A stretch of 64,000 nt of DNA from Burkholderiales bacterium. GTDB taxonomy: Bacteria; Pseudomonadota; Gammaproteobacteria; Burkholderiales; SG8-39. The notes under the pieces were generated by a model. The model did not search any database, was not told the DNA's origin, and saw only the letters and a list, made by a program, of their open reading frames with translations. Shown here one piece after another: positions 41,393-51,228 of the stretch (position 1 is the first letter of the stretch; the number at the start of each line of letters is the position of its first letter). The stretch covers positions 19,433-83,432 of the forward strand of contig DASZOS010000007.1 of NCBI GenBank assembly GCA_035550695.1, in the 5' to 3' direction. The position numbers and the translations under genes are program-made.

Positions 41393-42148
41393 CTAGACTG
41401 CGCGTGGGCTCGCCAGGAAAAGCATCAGCCCCAGCGCGGTCATGACGCAAACGATGAGCGGTCCCGGCGGCAGGTCGGAGACGAGCGACAGGGCGAGGCC
41501 TGCAGCATAGCCGAGCGCCCCCACCGTGTAGGCCGCGGCGATTCGTTTGTGTGCGACGCGGCGCGTGGCGAGCGCCGGCACGATGAGCGTGGTGAAGACC
41601 AGGTAGACGCCGACGAGCTGGACCGAGGCCGTAACGGCGCACGCGAAAAGCAGGTAGAACCCGACCCGCCCGAGTCGCTCGCCGAGCCCGAACCAGAGGG
41701 CGAGGATTGCTGCGTAGACGATTGCGACGACGACGAGTCGCGTCGCGTCGGACCAGAGAATCTGACCCACGAGCAGGTCCTTGAGGTGTTCGGCGCCGTG
41801 GACATTGCTCGCGAGGAGCAGGATCGCCGCGTTCGCCGCCACGATGAAGCTCACGCCGATCACCGCTTCCTGCACTTCCGGCCAGCGCTTGTCGGTCCAG
41901 TTGAGCAGCAGCGCGCCGCCGAGCGCCGCGCAGAGCGCGGCGAGCTGCACCGCGGCGCCCTGCGGCTCGAAGCCCAAGCGGTCGGCGACGATCACGCCGA
42001 GGCCGGCGATCTGCGCCACGGCGAGATCGATGAACACGATGCCGCGCTTGAGCACCTGGATGCCGAGCGGCACATGCGTCGCGGTGACGAGCAGCCCGGC
42101 GACGAGGGCCGGCCACAGGATGCCGAGCAGCGCGCTATCGAGCTTCAC
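41393..42148 (-). CDS. Metal (Zn/Mn-type) ABC transporter permease, ZnuB-like
   Basis: 251 aa, multi-TM. Family blocks include GIVFIDLAVAQIAGLG and LVGQILW. ATGA overlap with the binding-protein gene. Confidence 0.85.
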   Translation of the reverse strand: MKLDSALLGILWPALVAGLLVTATHVPLGIQVLKRGIVFIDLAVAQIAGLGVIVADRLGFEPQGAAVQLAALCAALGGALLLNWTDKRWPEVQEAVIGVSFIVAANAAILLLASNVHGAEHLKDLLVGQILWSDATRLVVVAIVYAAILALWFGLGERLGRVGFYLLFACAVTASVQLVGVYLVFTTLIVPALATRRVAHKRIAAAYTVGALGYAAGLALSLVSDLPPGPLIVCVMTALGLMLFLASPRAV

Positions 42149-43050
42149 TGCAGCGGGCCGAGCAGCCGCGCGATAAGGTCGTCGAAGTAGCCGAACAGGT
42201 CCTTCGCCCTGTCCGATCCTCCGACAGTGAACGGCAGCATCACCTTCGGGATGCCGGTGCGCTCCGAGAGGAACTCCGCGGCCCTCGGGTCGTTGTAAGA
42301 AGCGTAGACGATGAGCTTAGCCGGGTCGCGCTTCATCCGCTCGACCAGCTCGGCGAGGTGCGCGGTCGTCGGCGGAATGCCGGGCCGAGGCTCGAGCGTG
42401 CCGGCTTCGCGCATGCCGAGCCACCGGATCAGGTAGGTGAAATTCTTGTGGTGCTCGACCAGGGGCACGCCCTTGAGGCGGGCCGCCTGCTCCTCCCAGC
42501 GCCGGATCGCTTCCTGCCAGCGCTTGTCGAAGGACTCCGCGCCCGAGCGGTAGGTGGCGGCGTTGGCGCGGTCGATCTGCGCCAGCCGCTCGGCGAGCAC
42601 CGCCGCCACCTTGGCGATGTTGCGCGGGTCGGTCTGGATGTGCGGATTGCCCCCCGCATGCACGTCGCCCATCGAGCGGTCGACCACGCGCGGCACGTCG
42701 AGCTTGACGACGTACTGAGAGGCCTCGAGGTATCCCGGCGAGCCGGGCTGGACGCGGTTGTTTCCGGACTGGGTGAGCAACAAGGGCAGCCAGCCCACTT
42801 CCAGCTCCGAGCCCGAGCAGATCACGAGATCGGCGTTGCGCATGCGCGCAATCAGGCTCGGCCGCGCCTCGATGTGGTGCGGGTCCTGCAATGCCGTGGT
42901 CGCCGAGACCGCAGAGACCTTTTCGCCACCGAGCTCCTTCGCGAGCGCCGCCCATTCCGGCTCGCAGGCGAAGACGTTCACGGCGGCGAACGCCGGCAGC
43001 GCAGCCGCGCAGGCTGCCAGCGCAATCAGGATCTTCAAGATGGATTTCAT
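42145..43050 (-). CDS. Metal ABC transporter periplasmic binding protein (TroA/ZnuA cluster)
   Basis: Signal peptide MKSILKILIALAACAAALPAFA, then QDPHHIEARPS, GNPHIQTDP, VEHHKNFTYL. Confidence 0.8.
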   Translation of the reverse strand: MKSILKILIALAACAAALPAFAAVNVFACEPEWAALAKELGGEKVSAVSATTALQDPHHIEARPSLIARMRNADLVICSGSELEVGWLPLLLTQSGNNRVQPGSPGYLEASQYVVKLDVPRVVDRSMGDVHAGGNPHIQTDPRNIAKVAAVLAERLAQIDRANAATYRSGAESFDKRWQEAIRRWEEQAARLKGVPLVEHHKNFTYLIRWLGMREAGTLEPRPGIPPTTAHLAELVERMKRDPAKLIVYASYNDPRAAEFLSERTGIPKVMLPFTVGGSDRAKDLFGYFDDLIARLLGPLQ

Positions 43051-43057
43051 GATCACC

Positions 43058-44398
43058 TCAGAACTTGTGCGCACCGTGCGCGCCCAGGCTCACGATGTAC
43101 TGGAGAAACACCTGGTTGTCGGGCTCGCCCATGCGGGAATAGTCGCGCGCGTATTGCAGCCGGATGCGGCTGAACTCGCTCGGGCTCCAGTCCACCATCA
43201 TGGTGTGCCGCTTCGGGCTGTAGGCGCCGAGGATCGGGAAATCGGCCGCGCTGAGCGCGCCGGTATCGACCAGTCCGAGCGTCGTGGTGCCGGAATTCAG
43301 CTTGTCGTAGCGATATCCCACACGCCATTGCGGCATGAACTGATACACGCCCTGCGCGTACCAGCCCGACTGGCGGCTCGCGTAGCTATCCGCCAGCGCC
43401 ACGCCCGCGGTGTCGAAGGTGAGCTCGCCACCCTCCTTGCGCCGGAAGTACTCGCCCTGAAGCTTGAAGTTGTTGTAAGTGGGATTGCCGTTCGGGGCCC
43501 ACTTCAGGACCCCGTCGACGACCCAAAGGCGGCTTCGGCCGGTGAAGCTGTTCGTCACGCCGGTGCCGAGGGAGTCGACGTCGTCATAGGCGCGATCCCG
43601 CGGCGAGGTGCGAAAGTAAGAAAGCCCGGCCTGCCACGCGGTGCTCTCGCCAATGTCGCCGCCGATATGCGTGAACAGGTTGCCGGAGCCGACGCCATTC
43701 TTGTTGCGCTCGGTGGCGGGGAATGCCCTTCCCTGGCCGAGCTCCAGGCCGACGTCCCAATACAGGCTGGTCGGCGCCACCCATTTGAACTGGACGCCGT
43801 CCTCGGCGAGCTGATTGCCGAGAAAGGCCTTCATCGCGAGCGGCGTGTCGGTGAAATCCCAGGCGTGCGCGTGGATCTGGTTTTGATATCCCACCGCCGA
43901 GAAAAACCGGCCGGCCTTGATGGTGAAGCCGTGCGACAGGCCGATGGTCTGGATATAGCCTTCCTCGACGCCGATCTCGTCATCGGGCGAGAGCGCGGCG
44001 ATCAGCGTGCCGCGGAACATCGGATCGATGTTCGCCGAGAAGCCCAGCTCGGACTCGCCGAGGCTCAGGCCGCGCTTGCCCGGCGCAACCTCGCCCAGCG
44101 TCGGCACGAAGCCGTTGATCCGGTAGGTATTCGGGTCGCGCTGCAGATTCGCGTAGACGCCGTTCAGGATCGCGGATATCCCTGGGTTCAGGGCGTTTTC
44201 GGTTTGCGGCCGGCTGGCGGCCGGCTGCGCCGCTTGAGGGGTCTTGGCTTCGGCATCCTGAAGCCGCTTTTCGAGCTGCTGCACCTGCTGCTGAAGCTGG
44301 CGCAACGCCTCGCGCAGCTTCGAGAGTTCGGAATCCTGTGCGTAGGCAGGAAATACCGCCATGGCGAGTGCCACGGCGCACCACGTCTTGCAAAGCAT
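43058..44398 (-). CDS. Outer-membrane beta-barrel (porin-like) protein with an N-terminal coiled coil
   Basis: Signal peptide ending AYA-QD, coiled coil LSKLREALRQLQQQVQQLEKRLQDAE, alternating beta-strand pattern, and a C-terminal aromatic residue (GAHGAHKF). AAGGAG Shine-Dalgarno before the ATG at 44398. Confidence 0.65.
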   Translation of the reverse strand: MLCKTWCAVALAMAVFPAYAQDSELSKLREALRQLQQQVQQLEKRLQDAEAKTPQAAQPAASRPQTENALNPGISAILNGVYANLQRDPNTYRINGFVPTLGEVAPGKRGLSLGESELGFSANIDPMFRGTLIAALSPDDEIGVEEGYIQTIGLSHGFTIKAGRFFSAVGYQNQIHAHAWDFTDTPLAMKAFLGNQLAEDGVQFKWVAPTSLYWDVGLELGQGRAFPATERNKNGVGSGNLFTHIGGDIGESTAWQAGLSYFRTSPRDRAYDDVDSLGTGVTNSFTGRSRLWVVDGVLKWAPNGNPTYNNFKLQGEYFRRKEGGELTFDTAGVALADSYASRQSGWYAQGVYQFMPQWRVGYRYDKLNSGTTTLGLVDTGALSAADFPILGAYSPKRHTMMVDWSPSEFSRIRLQYARDYSRMGEPDNQVFLQYIVSLGAHGAHKF

Positions 44399-44459
44399 GG
44401 GAGCTCCTTCCGAGGTTTCGCGATGCGCGCCCATGCGGCGGGCGCGCTCCAGGAAAACG

Positions 44460-44777
44460 TCAGAGGAGCGGCGGAGGTCCTTGCGCGAGAAACGGCGGCG
44501 CTTGCGCCGCACGCGGCTCGAAGGGATGCGACGCAAGGGGTTGCTGAACGCAATCGACGTAAGCGAGGAACAGCGGCGCACCGGCCACACACGCCGCCAG
44601 GGCGGCGAGCGCGTCACACAACCCCGACTTGCCGGGTTTCTGGTCGCCCGCGTGGCCATCGGCCAGGTGGACCAACGCGCCGTACTCGTCGAAGTGCTGC
44701 AGCGGATGCAGCAGCGCGCCCTGCCAGCCGGCAAGCAGCGCAAGCGTAAGGAAAACCGGTGCGAGGCGCCTCAGCAC
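44460..44777 (-). CDS. Hypothetical small exported His/Cys-containing protein (possibly DUF2946-like)
   Basis: GTG start, hydrophobic N-terminus, LLHPLQH and LCDALAALAAC. Sits in the operon between the COG0523 and porin genes. No clear Shine-Dalgarno sequence. Confidence 0.35.
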   Translation of the reverse strand: MLRRLAPVFLTLALLAGWQGALLHPLQHFDEYGALVHLADGHAGDQKPGKSGLCDALAALAACVAGAPLFLAYVDCVQQPLASHPFEPRAAQAPPFLAQGPPPLL

Positions 44778-44790
44778 GGCAGCATTCTAT

Positions 44791-45771
44791 CTACCCGGCG
44801 AGGCATTGCTCCATGCCGGCGATGAAGATGTCCTTCGGCAGCTTCTTGCCGATAAACACCATTACCGAGCCCTTCTTCTCGCCCTTGCCCCAGGGCTTTC
44901 CCAGATCGCCGCCCATCATCATGTGCACGCCCTGGAACACCACCCGGCGCGGGTTGCCCTTCATCCACAGCACGCCCTTGTAGCGCAGCAGGTCGGGGCC
45001 GTAGACCTGGATCATGCCGGAGAGGAATTGCTCGAGCTTCTGGCCGTCGAAGGGCTTGCCGGAGCGGAACACGAACGATTCGACCTGGTCGTGGTGCTCG
45101 TGCTGGATGTCGGTGAGGAACTGCGGATCGAGCTCGAGGATGGCGTTCAGGTTGAAGCCGCGGATGTCGAGCACCTCGGCGAGCGGTGTTTCGCCGAAGT
45201 GCACCTTCCTGATCGGCGCGCGCGGGTTCATGCGTTTGAGCCTCTCGACCAGGGCCTTGGTTTCGTCTTCGTTCGCGACGTCGGTCTTCGACAGCAGGAT
45301 CCTGTCGGCGAAGCCCACCTGCTCCTGCGCCTCGTGGAATTCGTCGAGCTGCTGCGGCGCGTGCTTGGCGTCGACCAGGGTGATGATCGAGTCGAGAAGA
45401 TAGTAGTTGCCGATCTCCTCGTCGGTGAAGAAGGTCTGCGCCACCGGGCCGGGGTCGGCCATGCCGGTGGTCTCGATCACCACCCGGTCGAACCTGAGCG
45501 CGCCCTGGTCGCGCTTCTCCTTGAGCGAGCCGAGGATGCGGATGAGGTCGCCGCGCACCGTGCAGCAGATGCAGCCGTTGTTCATCTCGACGATCTGCTC
45601 GTTGCCGGTCTCGATGATGTCGTTGTCGACCCCGACCTCGCCGAACTCGTTCTCGATCACCGCGATGCGCTCGCCGTGGTCTTCCTTGAGAATGCGGTTG
45701 AGCAGCGTCGTCTTGCCGCTGCCGAGGAAGCCGGTGAGAATCGTCACCGGCACCATGTTGCTGTCTTGCAT
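44791..45771 (-). CDS. COG0523/CobW-family GTPase (zinc metallochaperone-like)
   Basis: P-loop GFLGSGKTTLLN, the metal motif GCICCT, a switch region ETTGMADP, and a His-rich stretch HEHHD. Confidence 0.9.
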   Translation of the reverse strand: MQDSNMVPVTILTGFLGSGKTTLLNRILKEDHGERIAVIENEFGEVGVDNDIIETGNEQIVEMNNGCICCTVRGDLIRILGSLKEKRDQGALRFDRVVIETTGMADPGPVAQTFFTDEEIGNYYLLDSIITLVDAKHAPQQLDEFHEAQEQVGFADRILLSKTDVANEDETKALVERLKRMNPRAPIRKVHFGETPLAEVLDIRGFNLNAILELDPQFLTDIQHEHHDQVESFVFRSGKPFDGQKLEQFLSGMIQVYGPDLLRYKGVLWMKGNPRRVVFQGVHMMMGGDLGKPWGKGEKKGSVMVFIGKKLPKDIFIAGMEQCLAG

Positions 45772-45820
45772 GGATGCTCCCGAACGAAGGGCGGGATTAT
45801 ATGACGCCCCCTTCCAAAGA

Positions 45821-46628
45821 TAATCAGGGACGGACCACGATTATTCCCCCAGGAGCAGGTCGGATTGCTCGCTCGCTACGGGTTGCCGCACGGGCCGGCC
45901 TGCGCTTGCCCGATCAACCCTGCGTCCGAGCGCGCGCGCCATCGCGCTGCGGAACGCGGCGGAACCGAGCACATAACCGCCATTGGTGGCGTTGCGAATT
46001 TGTTGCAGCGTCTCCTGGCCCTGCACTTCGGCGATGAGCTCCCGATACATGGCCTGCCGCTCGGCGGGCGTGTTGCCGAGCCGAAGGTATTCGCCGTGCG
46101 GGCTCAACAGCCCGGATGCGTCTCCGATCGCGTTGAAGCGATAGCTCGACCAGGGGTATTCATCGGCGCGTCTCACCAGTCCCCCGCGTACCGGGTTGAG
46201 GTCGACGTACCGGTAGCACGCAAGCACGTAATCCTCGGCCTGAACCAGGCAGGACTTGTACCTGCCCTCCCATAGATAACCGCTTCTCTTGTGGCTCTTG
46301 TTGAAGTAGCGGGCGTACAGCTCGCCGATGCTTTTCATCAAGAGGCCGCACCCCTTCACCTCGGCCGTGGTGAGCAGGAGATGCACGTGGTTTGTCATGA
46401 GGCAAAAGGCGTGCAGCAGGCAGCCTGTCTTCGGCAGCATGCGTGACAGGTGAAAGAGATAAAACCTGCGATCTTCATCGCTTACGAAGCAGGCCGCGCG
46501 GTTGTTGCCACGCTGAATGACGTGAACCGCTACGTCGGGCAGCATGAGGCGCGCGCGTCTTGGCATGCTCGAGTCAACGGATCGGCGCGCATATCCGTTG
46601 ACGGAAAAACGTGGTCCGTCCCTGATTA
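45821..46628 (-). mobile_element. RAYT unit: a REP-associated tyrosine transposase gene bracketed by inverted REP sequences
   Basis: TAATCAGGGACGGACCACG at 45821-45839 and its exact reverse complement at 46610-46628. The same core forms the termini of the element at 35566-35759. Confidence 0.8.
45841..46566 (-). CDS. REP-associated tyrosine transposase (IS200/IS605 Y1 HUH superfamily, RAYT)
   Basis: HVIQRGNNR, the HUH motif NHVHLLL, and the catalytic Tyr region ACYRYVDLNPVRGGLV. 241 aa. Confidence 0.85.
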   Translation of the reverse strand: MPRRARLMLPDVAVHVIQRGNNRAACFVSDEDRRFYLFHLSRMLPKTGCLLHAFCLMTNHVHLLLTTAEVKGCGLLMKSIGELYARYFNKSHKRSGYLWEGRYKSCLVQAEDYVLACYRYVDLNPVRGGLVRRADEYPWSSYRFNAIGDASGLLSPHGEYLRLGNTPAERQAMYRELIAEVQGQETLQQIRNATNGGYVLGSAAFRSAMARALGRRVDRASAGRPVRQPVASEQSDLLLGE

Positions 46629-47813
46629 GGTCTTGAGCAGAAGCAGGCCCTTGAGGTATTCGCCCTCGGGGAATTCCAGCGCCACGGGGTGGTCGGCGGC
46701 GGCGGCGAAGCGCTCGATGATCTTCGCCTGTGCGCCGGCGTCGAGCGCGGCGCCGGCGACGATCGACTGGAAGAGCTCGGCTGATACCCCGCCCGAGCAG
46801 GAGAACGTGGCGAGCAGGCCGCCAGGGGCGAGAAGCTTGAGCGCGAGGAGGTTGATGTCCTTGTAGGCGCGCGCGGCATTGCGCGCCTGCGCCGCGGTCG
46901 GCGCGAACTTGGGCGGATCGAGAATCGCCATCTGGAAGCTCGCGCCGCGGTCGCGCAGCGTGCGCAGCTCGGAAAAAACGTCGCCCTGCACGAAGCCGAC
47001 GCGCGCGGCGTCGAAGGGATTTGCCGCCAGGTTATCGCGCGCGACCTCGAGCGCGGGGGCCGAGCTCTCGATCGCGGTGACGCGCTTCGCGCCGCCCGCG
47101 AGCGCGGCGATCGAGAAACCTCCCGTGTAGCAGAAGCCGTCCAGCACTTCCCGCCCGGCGGCGAGGCTGCGCACGCGCTGCCGGTTCTCGCGCTGATCGA
47201 GAAAGAAGCCGGTCTTCTGCCCCTGCTCCACGTCGACGCGGAAGTTGAGCCCGTATTCGACGATCGGGCAGCGCGAGGCGTTGCGGTTGCCTCTGAAGAA
47301 CCCCGTTCTCGGCGGCAGGCCTTCGAGGGTGCGCACTTCGGCGTCGGAGCGCTCGAAGATCGCCTCGCAGGCCGTCAGCTCGGCGAGCAGGTCGAGGATC
47401 GGCTCGCGCCAGCGCTCCACCCCGGCGGCGAGGAATTGCGCGACCAGCACGTCGGCATAGCGGTCGACGATGAGCCCCGGCAGGCCGTCGGACTCGCCGT
47501 GGACGAGGCGCAGCGCGTTGGTGTGCCGGCGGTCGGGCAGCGCCTCGCGCAGCGCGAGCGAGCGCTCGATGCGCCGGCGAAAAAACTCCACCGAAATGGA
47601 TTCGGATGGATTGAAGCTCCAGACCCTTGCGCGGATCTGCGAGCTCGGGCTGTAGGCCGCCTGCGCGAGCACGCTTCCCGCCGCATCGCGGATCTCCACG
47701 GTGTCCCCCGGCCCGGGGCTGCCGACGGTTTTCTCGATCGCCCCCGAGAACACCCAGGGGTGGCGCCGCCGCAGGGATTTCTCGCGGCCCTTCTTCAGCA
47801 CCAGGGCGCTCAT
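46626..47813 (-). CDS. rlmI: 23S rRNA (cytosine1962-C5)-methyltransferase RlmI
   Basis: PUA-like N-terminus RRRHPWVFSGAI, LVHGESDGLPGLIVDRY, DGFCYTGGFS, ILDPPKF. Confidence 0.85.
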   Translation of the reverse strand: MSALVLKKGREKSLRRRHPWVFSGAIEKTVGSPGPGDTVEIRDAAGSVLAQAAYSPSSQIRARVWSFNPSESISVEFFRRRIERSLALREALPDRRHTNALRLVHGESDGLPGLIVDRYADVLVAQFLAAGVERWREPILDLLAELTACEAIFERSDAEVRTLEGLPPRTGFFRGNRNASRCPIVEYGLNFRVDVEQGQKTGFFLDQRENRQRVRSLAAGREVLDGFCYTGGFSIAALAGGAKRVTAIESSAPALEVARDNLAANPFDAARVGFVQGDVFSELRTLRDRGASFQMAILDPPKFAPTAAQARNAARAYKDINLLALKLLAPGGLLATFSCSGGVSAELFQSIVAGAALDAGAQAKIIERFAAAADHPVALEFPEGEYLKGLLLLKT

Positions 47814-48712
47814 TTCTTCTTCGCCCTCGGGTGCGCGGCGTCGTAGACCTTGGCGAGCGCCTGAAAGTCGAGATGCGTGTACACCTGCGTGGTCGAGATG
47901 CTAGCGTGCCCGAGAAGCTCCTGCACGGCGCGCAGGTCTTGCGAGGATTGCAGCAGATGCGTGGCAAAGGAATGACGCAGCATGTGCGGATGCACGCGCT
48001 GGGCGAGGCCGCGGCGAAGCGCCCACGCCCGCAGGCGCGCGCCAACCACCGAGGGCGCGATGCGCCTGCCCTTGGCGCCGACGAAAAGCGCGCGCTCGCC
48101 TGGCGCCGCCGCCTGCGCGCGGAGCTCGAGCCAGGCGCCGAGCGCCGCGCGCGCGGCGGCGCCGACCGGCACCGTGCGCGTGCGCGAGCCCTTGCCGGTG
48201 ACGGTGACCTCGCCCTGCGCAAGGTCGAGCCGCCCGTCGTCGACGTTGAGCGCCACGAGCTCGGCGAGGCGCAGCCCCGACGAATAAAGGAGCTCGAACA
48301 TCGCCGCGTCGCGCTTGGCCGCCGCCGACGAGGGCGCTTCGCTGAACAGGCGTTGCGCCGCTTCGACCGACAACGCCTTGGGGAGCGGCCGCGCGGCCTT
48401 CGGCGCGCGCACGCCAAGCACCGGGTTCGCCTGGAAGCCCCGGTGGCGGACAAGCCAGCGATAGCAGCCCCGCCACGCCGAGAGCATGAGCGCGAGCGAG
48501 CGCGGCGCAAGCCCCTTCGCATGCATCAAGGCGACGAAGCGGCGGACCTGGGCCGAATCGACAGTCCTCAGGGAATGGTCTTCTACAAGGCTTAAGAGCA
48601 GCTCGAGCGCATGGCGGTAATTGCGCAGCGTCGCCGGGGAAAGGCGGCGCTGATGCCGGAGGGCATCGAGGTACTCGCGGGTTACAGCCGCGCCGTCACT
48701 CCGGCCGCGCAT
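47810..48712 (-). CDS. xerC: Tyrosine recombinase XerC
   Basis: LYSSGLRLAELVAL, HMLRHSFATHLL, LGHASISTTQVYTH. Order is dapF-DUF484-xerC. Confidence 0.9.
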   Translation of the reverse strand: MRGRSDGAAVTREYLDALRHQRRLSPATLRNYRHALELLLSLVEDHSLRTVDSAQVRRFVALMHAKGLAPRSLALMLSAWRGCYRWLVRHRGFQANPVLGVRAPKAARPLPKALSVEAAQRLFSEAPSSAAAKRDAAMFELLYSSGLRLAELVALNVDDGRLDLAQGEVTVTGKGSRTRTVPVGAAARAALGAWLELRAQAAAPGERALFVGAKGRRIAPSVVGARLRAWALRRGLAQRVHPHMLRHSFATHLLQSSQDLRAVQELLGHASISTTQVYTHLDFQALAKVYDAAHPRAKKK

Positions 48713-49326
48713 AGCTCTCCGATGCGACGCAGGTACAGCGTGCCCATTTCCGGAAAGAAGCGCCGCGGGTCCTCGCTGCCGAGCGCAAGCAGGCCGAAGA
48801 CGGCGGTCTGCCCGAGCGGCACGAGCGCGACCGAGCGCACGTGCTCGGCCGACTCGCGAAACCACGGCACGAAGGCATTGCCGGCGGCGAGGCCGCATTG
48901 CGGGGCGGCCATGGCCTCGGCGAGGCTCCTTTGCTCCTCGCTCACCGGGTCGGCCTCCTGGAAGTCGACCGGCACGGACTTGCCCCAGACCCGCAGCGCC
49001 ACGTGCGGCACGGCGAAATCCTCGCGCAGGTGGAAGTAGAGCGAATGCGCGAGCGCCGGGAAGTCGCGCGACCCGGCGAGCGCCACCGAAAGGCGGTGCA
49101 CCTTCTCGCTGATGGCGTCGTTCTCCTCGGCGAACTTGACGATCTCGGCAAGCCTGCCTTCGAGCAGGCGCAGCTTCTCGCGCAGCGCCACCGTCTGGCG
49201 CTCGGCAAGCGGAATCGCGCGCCCGCCGTACGGATGCGGCACGTGGATCGATTCGAGGAGATCCGGATGCTGGTCGAAGAAATGCGGGTGGATGCGCAGG
49301 AAGCGCGCGATATCGTCGGCGTTCAT
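48682..49326 (-). CDS. DUF484-family (YigA-like) GAF-fold protein
   Basis: IARFLRIHPHFF... and its conserved position between dapF and xerC. Confidence 0.8.
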   Translation of the reverse strand: MNADDIARFLRIHPHFFDQHPDLLESIHVPHPYGGRAIPLAERQTVALREKLRLLEGRLAEIVKFAEENDAISEKVHRLSVALAGSRDFPALAHSLYFHLREDFAVPHVALRVWGKSVPVDFQEADPVSEEQRSLAEAMAAPQCGLAAGNAFVPWFRESAEHVRSVALVPLGQTAVFGLLALGSEDPRRFFPEMGTLYLRRIGELCAAGVTARL

Positions 49327-49333
49327 CTGGCTC

Positions 49334-50128
49334 TTATAGTTCTATGGTTCCCTCGAACACCGTCGCGGCCGGTCCCTTCATCCACACCGCATTGTCGCCG
49401 CCCGCCCAAGAGACGGTCAACGCTCCGCCGCGCGTCTCGACGCGCACCGGCGAATCGAGCAGCCCGCGCACAATGCCGCTCACCGCCGCGGCGCAGGCGC
49501 CGGTGCCGCAGGAGAGCGTCTCGCCCGCGCCGCGCTCCCAGACCCGCAGCGCGATGCGCCGGCGCTCGAGCAGCTGCATATAGCCCGCGTTGACGCGGTT
49601 CGGGAACCTTGGATGCTTTTCGAGCCGCGGGCCCTGCGTCGTGACCGGCGCCGAAGCGAGGTCCGCGACGACCTGCACCGCGTGCGGGTTGCCCATCGAA
49701 AGGATGGCCACCTTGACCGTCTCCCCGTTCAAGACGAGCGTCTCCTCGCCCTCGAAACGGGGCGCACCCATGTCGACGCTCACCTCGCCGTCGGCTTCCA
49801 GGCGCGGCACGATCCTGCCGCCGAGCGTCTCCACGCGGATCTCGCGCTTGTCGGTGAGCCCCCTGGCGTGCACGAACTTGACGAAGCAGCGCGCGCCGTT
49901 GCCGCACTGCTCGACCTCGCCCCCGTCGGCGTTGAAGATGCGGTAGCGGAAATCCGCGTCCGGGCTGATCGGCCGCTCGACCACGAGCAGCTGGTCGCAG
50001 CCCACGCCCAGATGCCTGTCCGCAATCCGTCTTATTTTCTCTGTTGAAAGAGAAAAAGGCTGCTGCGTGGCGTCGATCACGACGAAATCGTTGCCCGCCC
50101 CGTGCATCTTGGTGAACGCCAGCTTCAT
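49334..50128 (-). CDS. dapF: Diaminopimelate epimerase
   Basis: [15 protein letters not shown], with catalytic Cys residues in QCGNGARC and SCGTGACA. Confidence 0.95.
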   Translation of the reverse strand: MKLAFTKMHGAGNDFVVIDATQQPFSLSTEKIRRIADRHLGVGCDQLLVVERPISPDADFRYRIFNADGGEVEQCGNGARCFVKFVHARGLTDKREIRVETLGGRIVPRLEADGEVSVDMGAPRFEGEETLVLNGETVKVAILSMGNPHAVQVVADLASAPVTTQGPRLEKHPRFPNRVNAGYMQLLERRRIALRVWERGAGETLSCGTGACAAAVSGIVRGLLDSPVRVETRGGALTVSWAGGDNAVWMKGPAATVFEGTIEL

Positions 50129-51228
50129 GCGAGCGCGTCCCGGATGCGCGCGCAGACACGGTCGATCGAAGTCTCGTCGATGAGCGGGTTGATCGGCAGC
50201 GACAGCACCGTCCTCGCCGCCGCCTCGCAGGCGGGCAGCGCAAGATCGCGGTGCAGCGCTTCGTAGGCGGGCTGGCGGTGCAGCGGCAGCGGGTAGAAGA
50301 TCGAGGAGGCAATGCCGTCGGCCGCGAGCGCTTCACGGATCGCGTCGCGCCGCTCGGCGCGGATGGTGAACTGGTGGTAGACATGCTTGCCGCGCGGATC
50401 CTCCGACGGAAGCTCAAGCCGCGCCCCCTCGAGCTTTTCCCGGTAGCGCTGCGCCGCGCGCCGGCGCGCCGCGTTGAATTCGTCCAGCCGAGCGAGCTTC
50501 ACGCGCAGCACCGCCGCCTGCAGCTCGTCGAGGCGGCTGTTCCAGCCGACGCGCTCGTGCAGGTAGCTCTGGCGGCTGCCGTGGTGGCGCAGCATGCGCA
50601 ACACTTTGTCGTAGTCGGCGCTCGTCGTCGTGATGAGCCCCGCGTCCCCGGCCGCCGCCAGGTTCTTCGTGGGGTAAAACGAGAAGCAGCCGAACTCGCC
50701 CCACGAACCGGCACGCCGGCCCCGGTATTCGGCGCCGAGCGCCTGCGCGCAATCCTCGACCAGCACCAGCTTCTTCTCGCTGCACAACGCGCCGATTTCG
50801 TCGAGCGCGGCGCACTGACCGAAGAGGTGCACCGCGATCACCGCTCGAGTCTTCGCCGTAATCTTCTCGGAAAGCGACTGCGTCGAGAGGTTGAACGTGG
50901 CCGGATCGATGTCGGCGAAGACCGGAGTCGCGCCGGTGTAGGAAACCGCCTCCGCGGTGGCGAAGAAGGTGAACGCCGGAAGCACCACCTCGTCGCCCGC
51001 GCCGATGCCCGCGGCGACGAGCGCAAGATGCAGCGCGTCGGTCCCCGAGTTGCAGCCGACGGCATGCGGCGCGCCGACGTAGGCCGCCACTTCGCGCTCG
51101 AGCGCCTCGCCTTCCGGTCCCAGGACGTAGCGTCCGGAAGCGAGCACCCGGCCCACGGCCGCGTCGATCTGCGCTTTCAGCGCGCGGTATTCCGCCGCCG
51201 GATCCACCATCGGTATGGGAGTCTTCAT
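50125..51228 (-). CDS. DegT/DnrJ/EryC1-family PLP aminotransferase (GnnB-like)
   Basis: [21 protein letters not shown] (PLP Lys), SLPINPLI. Confidence 0.85.
   Translation of the reverse strand: MKTPIPMVDPAAEYRALKAQIDAAVGRVLASGRYVLGPEGEALEREVAAYVGAPHAVGCNSGTDALHLALVAAGIGAGDEVVLPAFTFFATAEAVSYTGATPVFADIDPATFNLSTQSLSEKITAKTRAVIAVHLFGQCAALDEIGALCSEKKLVLVEDCAQALGAEYRGRRAGSWGEFGCFSFYPTKNLAAAGDAGLITTTSADYDKVLRMLRHHGSRQSYLHERVGWNSRLDELQAAVLRVKLARLDEFNAARRRAAQRYREKLEGARLELPSEDPRGKHVYHQFTIRAERRDAIREALAADGIASSIFYPLPLHRQPAYEALHRDLALPACEAAARTVLSLPINPLIDETSIDRVCARIRDALA

Noticed and set aside
42758-44749. 663-aa plus-strand ORF
   Set aside because: It is antisense to the binding-protein and porin genes and shows no motifs.
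45772-45820. Zur box upstream of the COG0523 gene (GGGATTATATGACGCC)
   Set aside because: It has only a short AT-rich core and lacks the extended GTTATA-N-TATAAC-type palindrome. It could simply be a -10 element.
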